64,000 nucleotides of DNA from an uncultured Collinsella sp. (GCA_959596505.1 CAUFWM010000001.1:11113-75112); one strand, 5' to 3'. Shown: positions 18,903-30,809, counted from the first letter of the stretch. Notes: a model not told the origin generated them from the sequence alone. Translations and numbers: made by a program.

Positions 18903-19526
18903 CTACGGGCGCTCCATATTGGGGACGATGCTGCCCTCGGTCACCGCATGCACGGCCAGGCGCATGATGTTGTCGTAGCCGGTCTTGCTTAGGATCTCCG
19001 AGATGCGGCGCTTGATGGTGCCCTCGCTCATAAACAGCTCGGCCGCGATCTCGCGGCGGCTCTTGCCCTCGCAGGCAAGGCGCAAAATCGACAGCTCGAC
19101 ATCGTCGAGCGCCGCCGTACCCGAAAAAATGCTCTCGGGCGGCTTGGGAAACGTGCAATAGCCCGCCAGCGTGGAGCGCATCACGGCGAACAGCTCGTCG
19201 ATACCGACGTTCTTGTACACAAAGCTATCGACGCCCGCCTCGCGGGCCTGATCGACAAAGGTGATCTCGGGCATGCCGGTCATGATAATGATGCGGCACT
19301 CGGGCAGCTGCTCCTTGATGCGCGCCGCCGCCACGATGCCGTTGGAATCATGCTCGGTGCATACGTCCATCAGTATCATGTCCGGGCGCTCCTTGAGCGC
19401 GACACCCAAGGCCTCGGAGGCATCGGCAATGGCGGAAACAACGGTCATATCGGGCTGGTCGCCAACGGAGCGCGCCAGGCTCTCGCGCAGGATGGCCTGG
19501 TCTTCGACTATAAGGACGCGGATCAT
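18903..19526 (-). CDS. NarL/LuxR-family response regulator
   Basis: Receiver domain (VEDQ...LMDV) and HTH EIAAELFMSEGTIK. Confidence 0.92.
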   Translation of the reverse strand: MIRVLIVEDQAILRESLARSVGDQPDMTVVSAIADASEALGVALKERPDMILMDVCTEHDSNGIVAAARIKEQLPECRIIIMTGMPEITFVDQAREAGVDSFVYKNVGIDELFAVMRSTLAGYCTFPKPPESIFSGTAALDDVELSILRLACEGKSRREIAAELFMSEGTIKRRISEILSKTGYDNIMRLAVHAVTEGSIVPNMERP

Positions 19527-21022
19527 GAGCTTCTCCTTTGGACCGTGGCGTTGGAAGCGAGCGGGATGGATACCGTAAGCGTAAAGGGTGGGGCGGCGTG
19601 GACCTCTAGGCTGCCACCCAGATCTTGCGCGACATGCCTCATACCTGGGATACCCGTTCCCTCGCGATACGATACGGGGGCCGGCGCGCCGTCATTAGAG
19701 ATGGTCATGCGCGCGATGTCGCATCCGTTCGACTCCTCCTGCCACAGGTGCACATGGACCTGGTGGGCCTGCGCGTGCTTGGTGGCGTTGGTCGAGGCCT
19801 CGCGGATAATCTGCAAAAAGGCCGCCGCGACACGCGTGTCCTCGGGAAGCGACCCCTCTACATCAATCTGCACGCTCACCAGACCAAAGGCATGAATGAT
19901 ATCGCCGAGCTGCTCCGCCGGCTCGCTGTCGCCGCCGCTGCGTAAGTCGTCGGAGATTGTGCGCAGCAGCGGATCGATCTGCTCGAGCGATTCGTCGTCA
20001 AGGCGACCCTCCTCCAGATAGCGATGGAGGATGGACAGGCGCTGACCGATTACATCGTGCACGCGGGCGCGCATGCGCAGGTAGGCAGCATTGTCGGCGA
20101 CCTTTTTGACCTCTTCGATCTGGGACTGGAGCTCTTGACCCGCAAGCTCAAGCAGGTGGTTGGCTTGCGCCAAGCGGTCATGAGCATGCGCGTACTCTGT
20201 CACATCAAGACCGATAATGCGCTCGAACGAACGGCCCGAAACCATAACACGATCGCACACAAATAGGCGAATCTCGGCGGGAGAGACCTCGACCACCGCA
20301 CGCGCCTCACCAAAGCGGTCCAGATTAATCCGCACACGGTTCCTGCTACTTTCGGGCATTTGCATGCTAAGTTTGCGCAGGTCGTTCCATGTGCTGCTCA
20401 TGTCGCGCAGATCGGTTGGCATATGAAGTTCCACCAGGTTTTTGCGCATGCAGCGGTTCATGAGCAGCGAACGGCCCCTCGGGTCTAGATACAGGATGCC
20501 CACGGGAATCACGTTGATGGTCTCGATCGTCGAGAACGTGGTGATATCCTCCTGGCGGTTACGGACGTCCATCAAGAGCGCCGCGATGGAACGGAACAGG
20601 AAGAACGCTCCCTCTGCGATAAGGACAACGGTCCATGCCGAGCCCATGGCAAAAACCACCGGTGGTGTAACGGCGACAACAAGCAGCAACTCGACCAGCA
20701 TGACGGGGCGACGATAGTGCACCATAAGTACCACGCCATAGGCAAAAATCGCGGCATTGAGCCACAACGCTCCGCCCATTGCCCTGGCGCAAACGTCAAG
20801 CGGCGCCACCAGATACGAGCCAGACGACGCGAATAAGATGAGCGCCGAAATCATCAGGTGAAGCACAAGGCTCGCCTCGTAGGCGCAAATCACCTTACGG
20901 TTATAGGACGAGCGGCGCGATGCGATGAGCGGGACGTGGATCGTCTGCAGGCACGCAGCCAGGGCAAAGACAACATCGAGCGCAACAATTTGGGGAAGAA
21001 TGAGCGAAATCCGCATCGTCAC
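19523..21022 (-). CDS. Membrane sensor histidine kinase (HisKA_3 type)
   Basis: TM N-terminus, PAS-like region, H-box VHDVIGQ, EASTNATKHA, NDG and GTGI. Confidence 0.88.
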   Translation of the reverse strand: MTMRISLILPQIVALDVVFALAACLQTIHVPLIASRRSSYNRKVICAYEASLVLHLMISALILFASSGSYLVAPLDVCARAMGGALWLNAAIFAYGVVLMVHYRRPVMLVELLLVVAVTPPVVFAMGSAWTVVLIAEGAFFLFRSIAALLMDVRNRQEDITTFSTIETINVIPVGILYLDPRGRSLLMNRCMRKNLVELHMPTDLRDMSSTWNDLRKLSMQMPESSRNRVRINLDRFGEARAVVEVSPAEIRLFVCDRVMVSGRSFERIIGLDVTEYAHAHDRLAQANHLLELAGQELQSQIEEVKKVADNAAYLRMRARVHDVIGQRLSILHRYLEEGRLDDESLEQIDPLLRTISDDLRSGGDSEPAEQLGDIIHAFGLVSVQIDVEGSLPEDTRVAAAFLQIIREASTNATKHAQAHQVHVHLWQEESNGCDIARMTISNDGAPAPVSYREGTGIPGMRHVAQDLGGSLEVHAAPPFTLTVSIPLASNATVQRRSS

Positions 21023-22902
21023 TCACCCGCCCTCGGCATCAAGACGATCATGCGCAGCTGGCCGGGCTCGCCCTCAAAGCGGTATGCCACGTTGCGCCCT
21101 TGCAGAGCGCTTTCGAGCTCTTGCGCAGCGGGCGTCTGCGAAAGATCTTCATCATCGTTGGAAAAAAGCGTGGCGCGCAGCTCGACACTGCATCGGTCAT
21201 GGTCGCCCAAGTGATACATAAGCGCCGGATGGTCGGTGGTGTAGGCGAAAAACGCGAAGTCATACACGCAGTCGTACAGGGCGCTTACCGTACTGGCGTG
21301 CAACGGGCGCCGTATGGCGATAATCGAGGCGCAATCGATATCGATGGTGCGCAGGTCACTTGCGAGCTCGTTGGCGATGAGCTGAATGCGATCGCGATCA
21401 AAACCGCTCTCCCCGTGCTGTGCCAACGTGAGCGACCCCTTGCGCTTGCAATAGGCGACGAGCATCTTGGCGCGCTGCAGCATGCGGTAACGCTCGTGCG
21501 AAGATGCCTCGTCGGTCAACGGCGGCAGCGAGCTCAGCAGGTCGTACATCCCTTCGAGCGCGCGGGCAAGCGCCTGGTCCACGTCTTGGACCAGCAAGGT
21601 CTCGGCCTCTTGATCTGCCAAATGCGTCTTAAGGTCGTAGTCGGCGGCGAGCAGCTCGTTTTGACGCTGCAGCTCCATGCGACGATGTGCCAGTTCACGG
21701 TTAAGCTCGTCGAGCTCCGACACGTCTTGGGCAAGCAGCGCCGATCCACCCAGCAGCGGAAAGGCACGATACATTACATCGGGATCGGACGCCACGGCAA
21801 AGGCATGGGCGCGGCCGTGCTCCTGGGTCCGCAACTCCTCGCGCACACCTACCGGCATTGGCTTTGACACCGGCGTGGCATAGACCTCCTGCAGGTCGCG
21901 CGTTAGAACTTTGAGGTCAAGCGGCAAGGTGTCGAAGATGCCGGCGATGTCGTGATACGACGGAATGACACCGCAATCGAGACAGATTTCCATCGCCACC
22001 ACGCACAGGACGCAATAGACGAGCGAAAAGTTGAGCCTCCATGCCCAGGGCACGCGCAACGCATACGAGATGGCAAAGAATGCGCCACCCAGCAGTACGA
22101 GCGCCGCCGTGCCCGAGAAACGCTGGATGCGAAAGGATGAGGACCGACCAACCAGGATAAAAAAGGCCACAAAGTCAAAGGCCGTCCACACGAGGACGGC
22201 GAAATAACCCCAGCCGTACGTGTAATCGTTGCTCCAGGTGTCGCTTGTGCGGTCAAAGCGGAAGACCTGCTGGTGAAAATCGTTGGTGAGCACAAATCCG
22301 ATAAGCAGGATGGCCACAATCCACAGCGCAGCGCAGTAGCGGCGACCCAGACGGTGTTGCTCCAGGCCCGCAAGGCGCAGACCACACAACTGGTAGAGCA
22401 GCGGAATGAGCGTCATGGGCACGTAGTACAGGTACCACAGCACGGTGGCATAGAACGGCGTGAACGACTTGTACTTGAGAATGACTTCGATCATCCACAG
22501 GGCGCAAATGGTGGCGACGGCAACAAGGCGACGGCGCAACACATAGTCCAAACAGCGCAGATAGACCGACACGCCCCAGATCGAAAATACAATTGCGGCG
22601 ACAAGCAGCGGGAGAGAGCTCGAATGGACGAGCGCATCCACGACCTCTCCGGACACCTCGCTATAGGCGGGCACGGCATTGGAAAGCTTGGAATCGGAGG
22701 CGAACAACGCCGGCAAGACTGCCAAAAGCATGAGGAACAGCGCGGTGATGGCGCCGGCGATAGCAAAGACGCGATGACGGTACACCTGATGTGTTATGCC
22801 AACAAGGAATCGCGGCATGGCGAAGAGCCTGCCACCCCTGGGATCCGCAACCGGCGCGGTCCGGGCGGCCGCGTGGCCGATATGTCGCTCGCGGGTACCC
22901 AT
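21019..22902 (-). CDS. Multi-TM histidine-kinase-like sensor with no recognisable H-box
   Basis: 7TM-sensor-like N-terminus (LWYLYY, LTNDFHQQVF, YTYGWGYF) and a coiled coil, but no His/ATPase boxes; overlaps the kinase gene by 4 nt. Confidence 0.75.
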   Translation of the reverse strand: MGTRERHIGHAAARTAPVADPRGGRLFAMPRFLVGITHQVYRHRVFAIAGAITALFLMLLAVLPALFASDSKLSNAVPAYSEVSGEVVDALVHSSSLPLLVAAIVFSIWGVSVYLRCLDYVLRRRLVAVATICALWMIEVILKYKSFTPFYATVLWYLYYVPMTLIPLLYQLCGLRLAGLEQHRLGRRYCAALWIVAILLIGFVLTNDFHQQVFRFDRTSDTWSNDYTYGWGYFAVLVWTAFDFVAFFILVGRSSSFRIQRFSGTAALVLLGGAFFAISYALRVPWAWRLNFSLVYCVLCVVAMEICLDCGVIPSYHDIAGIFDTLPLDLKVLTRDLQEVYATPVSKPMPVGVREELRTQEHGRAHAFAVASDPDVMYRAFPLLGGSALLAQDVSELDELNRELAHRRMELQRQNELLAADYDLKTHLADQEAETLLVQDVDQALARALEGMYDLLSSLPPLTDEASSHERYRMLQRAKMLVAYCKRKGSLTLAQHGESGFDRDRIQLIANELASDLRTIDIDCASIIAIRRPLHASTVSALYDCVYDFAFFAYTTDHPALMYHLGDHDRCSVELRATLFSNDDEDLSQTPAAQELESALQGRNVAYRFEGEPGQLRMIVLMPRAGE

Positions 22903-23061
22903 AGTCCCTTTAGTGTACCGACAGATGGGCCGAAAAAGCGGGCCGCATGTCCCAAAATCCGCAGACGGCAAGGCACCCGGCGAGCACATACTCGCCGGGC
23001 GCCTTGGTTAGGAGACTATGAGGATGAGCACGCGAAATTCACAGCGGTCAGGCCCGCCCCC

Positions 23062-24598
<1,537 letters not shown>

Positions 24599-24676
24599 TC
24601 AATCCTTTCATACGCTGCTTGTCCTAATTTCAGGATCCCCGCAAACGGGGTGCCACTCAACGACAACAGCGCGGGT

Positions 24677-24736
24677 CGACACTTCTTTTCGCGTGCAGGC
24701 GCCCGGCAGCCACCCCACCTGACACTTTTTGATACC
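24677..24736 (-). promoter_or_regulatory. Two-box operator module shared with the crr upstream region
   Basis: CGACACTTCTTTTCGCG...CCTGACACTTTTTGATACC with the same spacing as 11449-11508. Confidence 0.7.
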
Positions 24737-24742
24737 CACCTG

Positions 24743-24787
24743 CCCAATCCACCACAAAGGGGACAGGCACCTTTGTGGTGGATTGGG
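24743..24787. repeat. GGGACAGG-loop hairpin, family C, with an 18-bp perfect stem
   Basis: CCCAATCCACCACAAAGG-GGACAGGCA-CCTTTGTGGTGGATTGGG. Confidence 0.8.
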
Positions 24788-24794
24788 ACCGGCT

Positions 24795-24933
24795 TGTCTC
24801 GATCTGTAACAGTTAGGCAGCCAAAACCGGGCCTGGTGTTACAGATCGAGATTTTCGGGCGGCCCCCTGCAGTTTGTCTAAACCTGTAACAGGTAGAGAC
24901 GATTTAGCCCGCTAGATGTTACAGATCGAGACA
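24795..24933. repeat. Alternating inverted-repeat array (4 units, 80-bp period)
   Basis: TGTCTCGATCTGTAACA / TGTTACAGATCGAGA units at 24795, 24837, 24875 and 24917. Confidence 0.8.
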
Positions 24934-24940
24934 GAAGATT

Positions 24941-25585
24941 CTAGTCGCAGGTGATGTCGAGGTTTTTGCCGATGAGGCCTACGTAGCCGCCCTCGGCAGC
25001 TTTGGGGCTGTCAGCATGGCAGAGAACCCACTTGTCGGCCTTCCAATAGCAGTAGCTGTCACCGGCGGTAGGCATATCGGCCGCAGCCTCGGGACGCGGA
25101 CCGTTGGTACCTGCCGGCAGTGCGACCATCACCTGGAAGCCACCGTCGTCGACCATGCACGGCGTGTAGTGAAGCGTGGTGTTGAAAACCTCGACAACCT
25201 TACCCGCCGGCACGCGGAACGCCTTGACGCACGCGGTGTCGAGCCCGCCGTCCTCAATCTCCCAGCGATGCGCCACGAGCAGGATAAAGTCGCGCGCGCC
25301 CAGGTTGAACTCACTCGCGCGGTGATACTCCAGACAGTTGAGTCGTGTATTGTGGCCGTTGCACCAACCCAGCTGGAAGGGACGGCCGCCAAACATGAGA
25401 AAGCCAAGCTTGTCGGCATTCATGACGCCCTCGAGCTCCGGCGCGCTCGCCACGTATTTGCTGCCCTCGGGAATGGGCGTGGCAGATAGCGCCTCGAGCA
25501 CAGGCGACGTGAGCTCGGACGGAACGTTATCCCAAACGTTGCCATAGGACTTGAACTCGGAATCCTCGACAGAATAGATATGCAT
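24941..25585 (-). CDS. DUF4867-family cupin-like protein
   Basis: QLGWCNGHN, LEYHRASE, TLHYTPC, LPAGTN. Confidence 0.8.
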   Translation of the reverse strand: MHIYSVEDSEFKSYGNVWDNVPSELTSPVLEALSATPIPEGSKYVASAPELEGVMNADKLGFLMFGGRPFQLGWCNGHNTRLNCLEYHRASEFNLGARDFILLVAHRWEIEDGGLDTACVKAFRVPAGKVVEVFNTTLHYTPCMVDDGGFQVMVALPAGTNGPRPEAAADMPTAGDSYCYWKADKWVLCHADSPKAAEGGYVGLIGKNLDITCD

Positions 25586-25669
25586 GTTCACTCCTGTTCG
25601 TTTATGTGACAGTATGAACATTCTAGAACAAACATGAGCGATTTTGAACGCTCGTCCCGACTACTCAAC

Positions 25670-25700
25670 AAAAAGGCGCCCCCGCATAAGCGAAGGCGCC
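25670..25700 (-). terminator. Terminator after luxS
   Basis: GGCGCCTTCGC-TTAT-GCGGGGGCGCC followed by T5 on the minus strand. Confidence 0.7.
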
Positions 25701-25729
25701 CAATGCGCACGTTTTAGGCGATAAAGCCC

Positions 25730-26218
25730 TTACGCCTGCTGATAATGCAGGTGCTTCTCGTCGATATCGGCCAGATCGCGGTCGAGGTAGCGGCGCGCGA
25801 GCCAGTTAGCCATGGGAAGGTTCTGGTCCAGGTAGTTGCCGCACTCCTCGGGAGCGGCACCGGGGACATCGCCCTCAAAGTCGGCGACAAACTCGAACAG
25901 CTCACGCACGAGCGGCAGGATCTCCTCGCTCGTCACTTCGCCAAAAACGACGAGGTAAAAGCCCGTGCGGCAGCCCATGGGACCAAAGTAGACGATACGG
26001 CTCGACCACTCGGCATGATTGCGAAGGAACGTCGCGCCCAGGTGCTCGATGGTGTGGCACTCGGCGGTGTTCATGACCGGCTCCTTGTTGGGCGTGGTTA
26101 GGCGCAGGTCAAACGTGGTGACGGCAGCACCGGTCGCCGGATCGCGGTCGATGCGGCTCACATACACGCCAGGCTCAAGCAGCAGATGGTCAACGGAAAA
26201 ACTCGCGATACGCTCCAT
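25730..26218 (-). CDS. luxS: S-ribosylhomocysteine lyase LuxS
   Basis: HTIEH, GPMGCRTGFY, ECGNY. Confidence 0.97.
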   Translation of the reverse strand: MERIASFSVDHLLLEPGVYVSRIDRDPATGAAVTTFDLRLTTPNKEPVMNTAECHTIEHLGATFLRNHAEWSSRIVYFGPMGCRTGFYLVVFGEVTSEEILPLVRELFEFVADFEGDVPGAAPEECGNYLDQNLPMANWLARRYLDRDLADIDEKHLHYQQA

Positions 26219-26234
26219 GGCAGTTCCTCTCGGT

Positions 26235-26431
26235 AGTTAAATTGGGACGAGACTCTTTTAGCTGGTTCGAATGGTCGCACCAATCATACCAGTCAAAAAA
26301 GCCCCGTCCCAAATGAGCTGCCCGGGACAGGGATCAATGAGTTTTTAATCCCCGTCCCAGAAAAATCATTACCGAGGTAGCTAAAAAGCCCCGTCCCAAA
26401 TTGACTACATGGGACGGGGCGTGAGAATCAT
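26235..26431. repeat. Cluster of GGGAC-loop hairpins (family B and variants)
   Basis: At least five GGGACG(G/A)G / CCCCGTCCC units in both orientations. Confidence 0.8.
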
Positions 26432-27406
26432 TTAGCCAAGGACACGGGCCATGCGCGCCTTGAACTCGGACAGGAAGCGCGGGGCGTCCACGGTCAGTGC
26501 CACAAGCGCGCTCTTGTCCGGATCGGACAGGCGGTGCTCGTCGCAAATGGTGCGGCCGCGATACTCGCCCAGCAGATCAACACGCAGGTTGCAGCCGAGC
26601 GCACCTACGAGCGTGGGGTCGACCGCCACGGCAACGGCCAGCGGATCGTGCAGCGCACAACCACCCAGGTAGGGTGCGTTCATCTCGTACGAGCCAATGT
26701 AGTGCTCGACCATGCTCGCAAATGCGCAGCCCGCCATGGTGCCCGAGCCCGTCCAGCCGGCAATGTCACGGCGCGTGAGCACCACGCGATGCGTCACGTC
26801 CAGGCCCACCATGGTGAGCTTGCGGCCCGAGCGCAGCACGGCATCGGCCGCCTCGGGATCGCTTGCCATGTTGGCCTCGGCACCCGCACTCACGTTACCG
26901 GGCACGGTCAGGGCGCCGCCCATTACCACCACGCGGCCGATAGACATCACCGCCGCCGCATCGCGCTCCAGGGCAAGCGCCAAGTTGGAGAGCGGGCCGG
27001 TCGCTACGTAGACCAGATCGGGACCATAGGTGCGTGCGGCATCAATCAGATAATCGACCGCAGCGTTGCCATCAGCCGATGTCGCCCCCACCGGCTCGTA
27101 GGGCGACGCGGGCACGCTCGCGCCGCCGATGCCATTCTTGCCGTGAATGAGCGCGGTGGACGCCGGCGGCGTATAAGGCTCAGTCGCCTGCAAAGGACGG
27201 TCGGCACCCAGGTACACCGGCACCTCGGGACGACCCAACAAGTCGAGCACCGCCAGGCAGTTATGCGCCGACTGGTCGACGCGCACGTTGCCAAAACACG
27301 TGGTGATGCCCACGAGTTCCACCTCGGGGCTCGCGATGGCATAGGCAAGCGCCATCGCATCGTCCACACCCATATCCAGATCAAGGATCAGCTTCTTAAT
27401 TGCCAT
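26432..27406 (-). CDS. Inosine-uridine-preferring nucleoside hydrolase
   Basis: DLDMGVDDA, IHGKNG, TGPLSN, GLDVT, LHDP. Confidence 0.92.
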   Translation of the reverse strand: MAIKKLILDLDMGVDDAMALAYAIASPEVELVGITTCFGNVRVDQSAHNCLAVLDLLGRPEVPVYLGADRPLQATEPYTPPASTALIHGKNGIGGASVPASPYEPVGATSADGNAAVDYLIDAARTYGPDLVYVATGPLSNLALALERDAAAVMSIGRVVVMGGALTVPGNVSAGAEANMASDPEAADAVLRSGRKLTMVGLDVTHRVVLTRRDIAGWTGSGTMAGCAFASMVEHYIGSYEMNAPYLGGCALHDPLAVAVAVDPTLVGALGCNLRVDLLGEYRGRTICDEHRLSDPDKSALVALTVDAPRFLSEFKARMARVLG

Positions 27407-27410
27407 TGTT

Positions 27411-28406
27411 CTACTCCGCTTCTCCGTCTTGTACCAAATCGTCTAAATCAAACACGCGCTCAACTTCGGCACGCGTGGGAATCGACTGCTGTGCGCCCAG
27501 GCGCGACACCGTCACCGCCGAGGCGCGTGCGCCCGCCGCCATACACTCAAAGAGCGGCAAGCCCTCCAGACGAGCTGCAGCAAGCGCACCGATAAATGTA
27601 TCGCCCGCGGCCGTCGTATCGACCACCGCACTCGAAAGCGCCGGCATGCGCAGCAGCTCGCCGTCATCGCCGAGCGTAACCGACCCGGCGCCGCCCAACG
27701 TGATGACCGCAGCTCCGGCACCCTTGGCGAGCAGGGCATTGAGCGCCGCGACACAGCTCGCATCATCCGCGGGCAAGATGCCCGTCAGCACCTGGCACTC
27801 AGTCTCGTTGGGGCAGACCAGGTCGACCGCAGGCCAGGCCTCCGCAGGCAACTCGCAGGCAGGCGCTGGATTAAAGACCGTATAGAACCCCAGCTCGTGA
27901 GCGCAAACAAGCGCCTCGGCCGTCGCTGCAAGGTCACATTCGCCCTGGGCGATAAAGACGCTTCCGGCAGCCGGGGCAATCTTGCTGGCGTCACCGTCGA
28001 GCTCATCGGCCACCAGACGTCTCAGCGCGCAGGCAACGTCCTCGCCCGCGAGCGCATGGTTGGCGCCCGGCGACAGCACGATGCGGTTGTCTCCCTCACA
28101 GCGAATGATGGTCGCCGTTCCCGTCTCCACATCATCGCGACGCGCCACAAAGTCACAGTCCACGCCAGTATCTTGGAGCCCCGCCACAAGCGACGTGCCA
28201 AATGCGTCGCAGCCGACCGCGCCGATCATGTGCGTGCGCGCGCCCATGCGCGCGGCGGCTACGGCCTGGTTGGCGCCTTTGCCGCCAGCGTTGGTGATAA
28301 ACCCGCTGCCGCCGACGGTCTCGCCCGCACGCGGCATGCGCTCGCACGCCACCGAAAGGTCCATGTTCATGCTGCCGAACACCGCAACGATGCCGCAATC
28401 CGCCAT
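27411..28406 (-). CDS. rbsK: Ribokinase
   Basis: GSMNMD, GGKGANQA, NPAPA, PNETE, DTTAAGDTF. Confidence 0.93.
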   Translation of the reverse strand: MADCGIVAVFGSMNMDLSVACERMPRAGETVGGSGFITNAGGKGANQAVAAARMGARTHMIGAVGCDAFGTSLVAGLQDTGVDCDFVARRDDVETGTATIIRCEGDNRIVLSPGANHALAGEDVACALRRLVADELDGDASKIAPAAGSVFIAQGECDLAATAEALVCAHELGFYTVFNPAPACELPAEAWPAVDLVCPNETECQVLTGILPADDASCVAALNALLAKGAGAAVITLGGAGSVTLGDDGELLRMPALSSAVVDTTAAGDTFIGALAAARLEGLPLFECMAAGARASAVTVSRLGAQQSIPTRAEVERVFDLDDLVQDGEAE

Positions 28407-28592
28407 GGAAACCTCCTCGTCCGCGGGCTCTGCACCCGCTGTTGGCCGTCAATCGTGCGCTCTCGCACCTCTATAACTTTAGTTCACTTTGATGTGGACG
28501 CGCGCTTGAGCTTGCACCGGCAGCAAGCATTCACAGGAGCAGGCGGCTACAATGAAGGCGTGCTGATTATTCTCGTCATTGGATGAAGTTTT

Positions 28593-30809
28593 ATGGAACA
28601 ATTCCCGCGATCGAGTTCGCGCAGCTCACGCCACGCGAGCGATCAACAAGCGCCGCACGAACGTTCGCGCGCTAACCGACAAGCCACCGAGCCGAACCGC
28701 GGCGCAGGCTCTCGTCGCACGCCTGCCAACAAGGGTACCCACACCAACAGCGCCGCAGAGGAACAGGCGCCTGCGCGCCCCAAATCTCGCTATATCCCCG
28801 CCCTCGACGGCCTGCGCACGCTCGCCGTCGTCGCGGTGGTGCTCTATCACCTCAACCTCACGTGGGCACAGGGTGGCCTGCTCGGCGTCACGATCTTCTT
28901 TGTGCTTTCGGGCTATCTGATCACGCGCTTGCTGCTCAACGAAGTCGCTAAGACCGGCCGCATCGACCTTAAGAGCTTCTGGATTCGCCGCATCCGTCGC
29001 CTGGTCCCCGCCGTGGTAACGGTAGTGTTCGTGACCTGCGCGCTGTGCACCATCTTTAACCACGTGATGCTCACCAAGATGCGCCCCGACATCCTGCCGT
29101 CGCTGCTGTTCTTCAACAACTGGTGGCAGATTGCCCAAAACGTCTCGTACTTTAATGCTCTGGGCGACCCCTCGCCGCTCACGCACTTTTGGTCGCTTGC
29201 CATCGAGGAACAGTTCTACCTGATTTGGCCGCCACTGCTGTTTGCCATGGTATCCATGCATGTGAGCAAGCCCAACACGCGCCGCGTGGTTCTGGGCCTT
29301 GCCGCAGTATCTGCCCTCGCCATGATGGTACTTTATAACCCTGCCGCCGACCCCAGCCGCGTGTACTACGGCACCGACACCCGCGTGTTCTCGCTGCTGC
29401 TGGGTGCCTGGATGGCCTTTATCCCCGATCGCGACCTAGCGCCGGTGCGTCTCGCTCATCGTTTGGGGCTCAATCGCCTGGCTGGCGCCGCCAAGCACGG
29501 CAATAACGCCGAGGGCAAGCCTGGCAAGAAGGTCGACGAATCAGGCGATACCGACCCGGCGCAGCCGAGCGCCCTCGTGCGCTTTTGGTCCTCGCCCGCA
29601 TCCATCGATGTGTTGGGCGTCGTGGGTCTGGTTGGCCTTGCCGCCATGGTCGCACTTACCAACGGCTATACCGCGTTTCAGTATCGCGGAGGCACGCCGT
29701 TGTGCTCCATCCTCACGCTCATGGTTATTGCGGCCTGCGTGCAGCCCCAGGGCATGATCGCACGAGTCTTGGCCGCCGAGCCGCTCGTATGGATCGGCAA
29801 GCGTTCCTACAGCATCTACCTGTGGCACTATCCACTGCTGCTCCTCATGAACCCGGTCGCCAACATTAACGACACGCCCTGGTGGCAGTACATCCTGCAG
29901 GTACTTGTGGTGGTCGCCGTGGCAGAGTGCTGCTATCGCTTTATCGAAACGCCGTTTAGGAAGGGCGCCTTCGGCCGCACCGTCGCCGAATTCCGCAATG
30001 GCACCACCACGCCCGCAAGCTGGGTGCGCGCGCATATTCCCGTGTGCGCCACTTGCGGCGTCGTGCTTGTTGTGGCGCTGGGCGGCCTGGTCTTTGTGCC
30101 CGACACATCCGCGCTGAGCGGCGAGGGCGCCGAAATCCTAAACAAGGAAGCCAAAAATGCAAAACCCCAGGACCAGCAGGCGGCCGATGACACCGACAAA
30201 GATGACGACGGCTTCCCCGACGGAGCCTACGACCTGCTAATGATTGGCGACTCCGTGTCCCTGCGCGCCGTTGATTCCTTTGACGGCGTGTTCCCGCATA
30301 GCCATATCGATGCCGAAAAGGGCCGCCAGTTTGATGCGGGCCGCACGACATTTGAGGGTTATATCCAGCAGAACCTCGCCGGCAAGATCGTAGTCTTTGC
30401 GCTGGGCACCAACGGCCTAGTGACCGACGCCCAGATTGACGCCATCATGGCCGACGCCGGCGAGCAGCGTATTGTCGTATTTGTAAACACGCGTAGCCCG
30501 CAGCCGTGGGTCGGGTCCACGAACCAGGCCATCGCCAACGCCGCCACGCGCTACAAGAATGTACGCGTTATCGACTGGTACGGATATAGTGCCAACCGCA
30601 ATGATCTGTTCGACGGCGATGGCACGCACCTCTCGAACGCGGGTGTGACCGAGTACCTTAAGCTCATCCACGATGCCGTCAAGAAGGGCCTGCCCGTGCA
30701 TCCCGAGGATCACGTTAACGATCCGCAGCCGGCGGCTGTCAAATCCGCTGCCGATGCACTCGTCAGCGCCCTCGCCTACAAACCGCACAAGCTAGGTACC
30801 GACAAGTAA
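28593..30809 (+). CDS. OatA-like O-acyltransferase (AT3 plus SGNH domains)
   Basis: LDGLR, GVTIFFVLSGYLIT, HFWSLAIEEQFY, and C-terminal GDS and DGTH. Confidence 0.9.
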   Translation: MEQFPRSSSRSSRHASDQQAPHERSRANRQATEPNRGAGSRRTPANKGTHTNSAAEEQAPARPKSRYIPALDGLRTLAVVAVVLYHLNLTWAQGGLLGVTIFFVLSGYLITRLLLNEVAKTGRIDLKSFWIRRIRRLVPAVVTVVFVTCALCTIFNHVMLTKMRPDILPSLLFFNNWWQIAQNVSYFNALGDPSPLTHFWSLAIEEQFYLIWPPLLFAMVSMHVSKPNTRRVVLGLAAVSALAMMVLYNPAADPSRVYYGTDTRVFSLLLGAWMAFIPDRDLAPVRLAHRLGLNRLAGAAKHGNNAEGKPGKKVDESGDTDPAQPSALVRFWSSPASIDVLGVVGLVGLAAMVALTNGYTAFQYRGGTPLCSILTLMVIAACVQPQGMIARVLAAEPLVWIGKRSYSIYLWHYPLLLLMNPVANINDTPWWQYILQVLVVVAVAECCYRFIETPFRKGAFGRTVAEFRNGTTTPASWVRAHIPVCATCGVVLVVALGGLVFVPDTSALSGEGAEILNKEAKNAKPQDQQAADDTDKDDDGFPDGAYDLLMIGDSVSLRAVDSFDGVFPHSHIDAEKGRQFDAGRTTFEGYIQQNLAGKIVVFALGTNGLVTDAQIDAIMADAGEQRIVVFVNTRSPQPWVGSTNQAIANAATRYKNVRVIDWYGYSANRNDLFDGDGTHLSNAGVTEYLKLIHDAVKKGLPVHPEDHVNDPQPAAVKSAADALVSALAYKPHKLGTDK

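Noticed and set aside
24795..24933. Possible mini-CRISPR array
   Set aside because: The units alternate in orientation, there are only four, and no cas genes are present.
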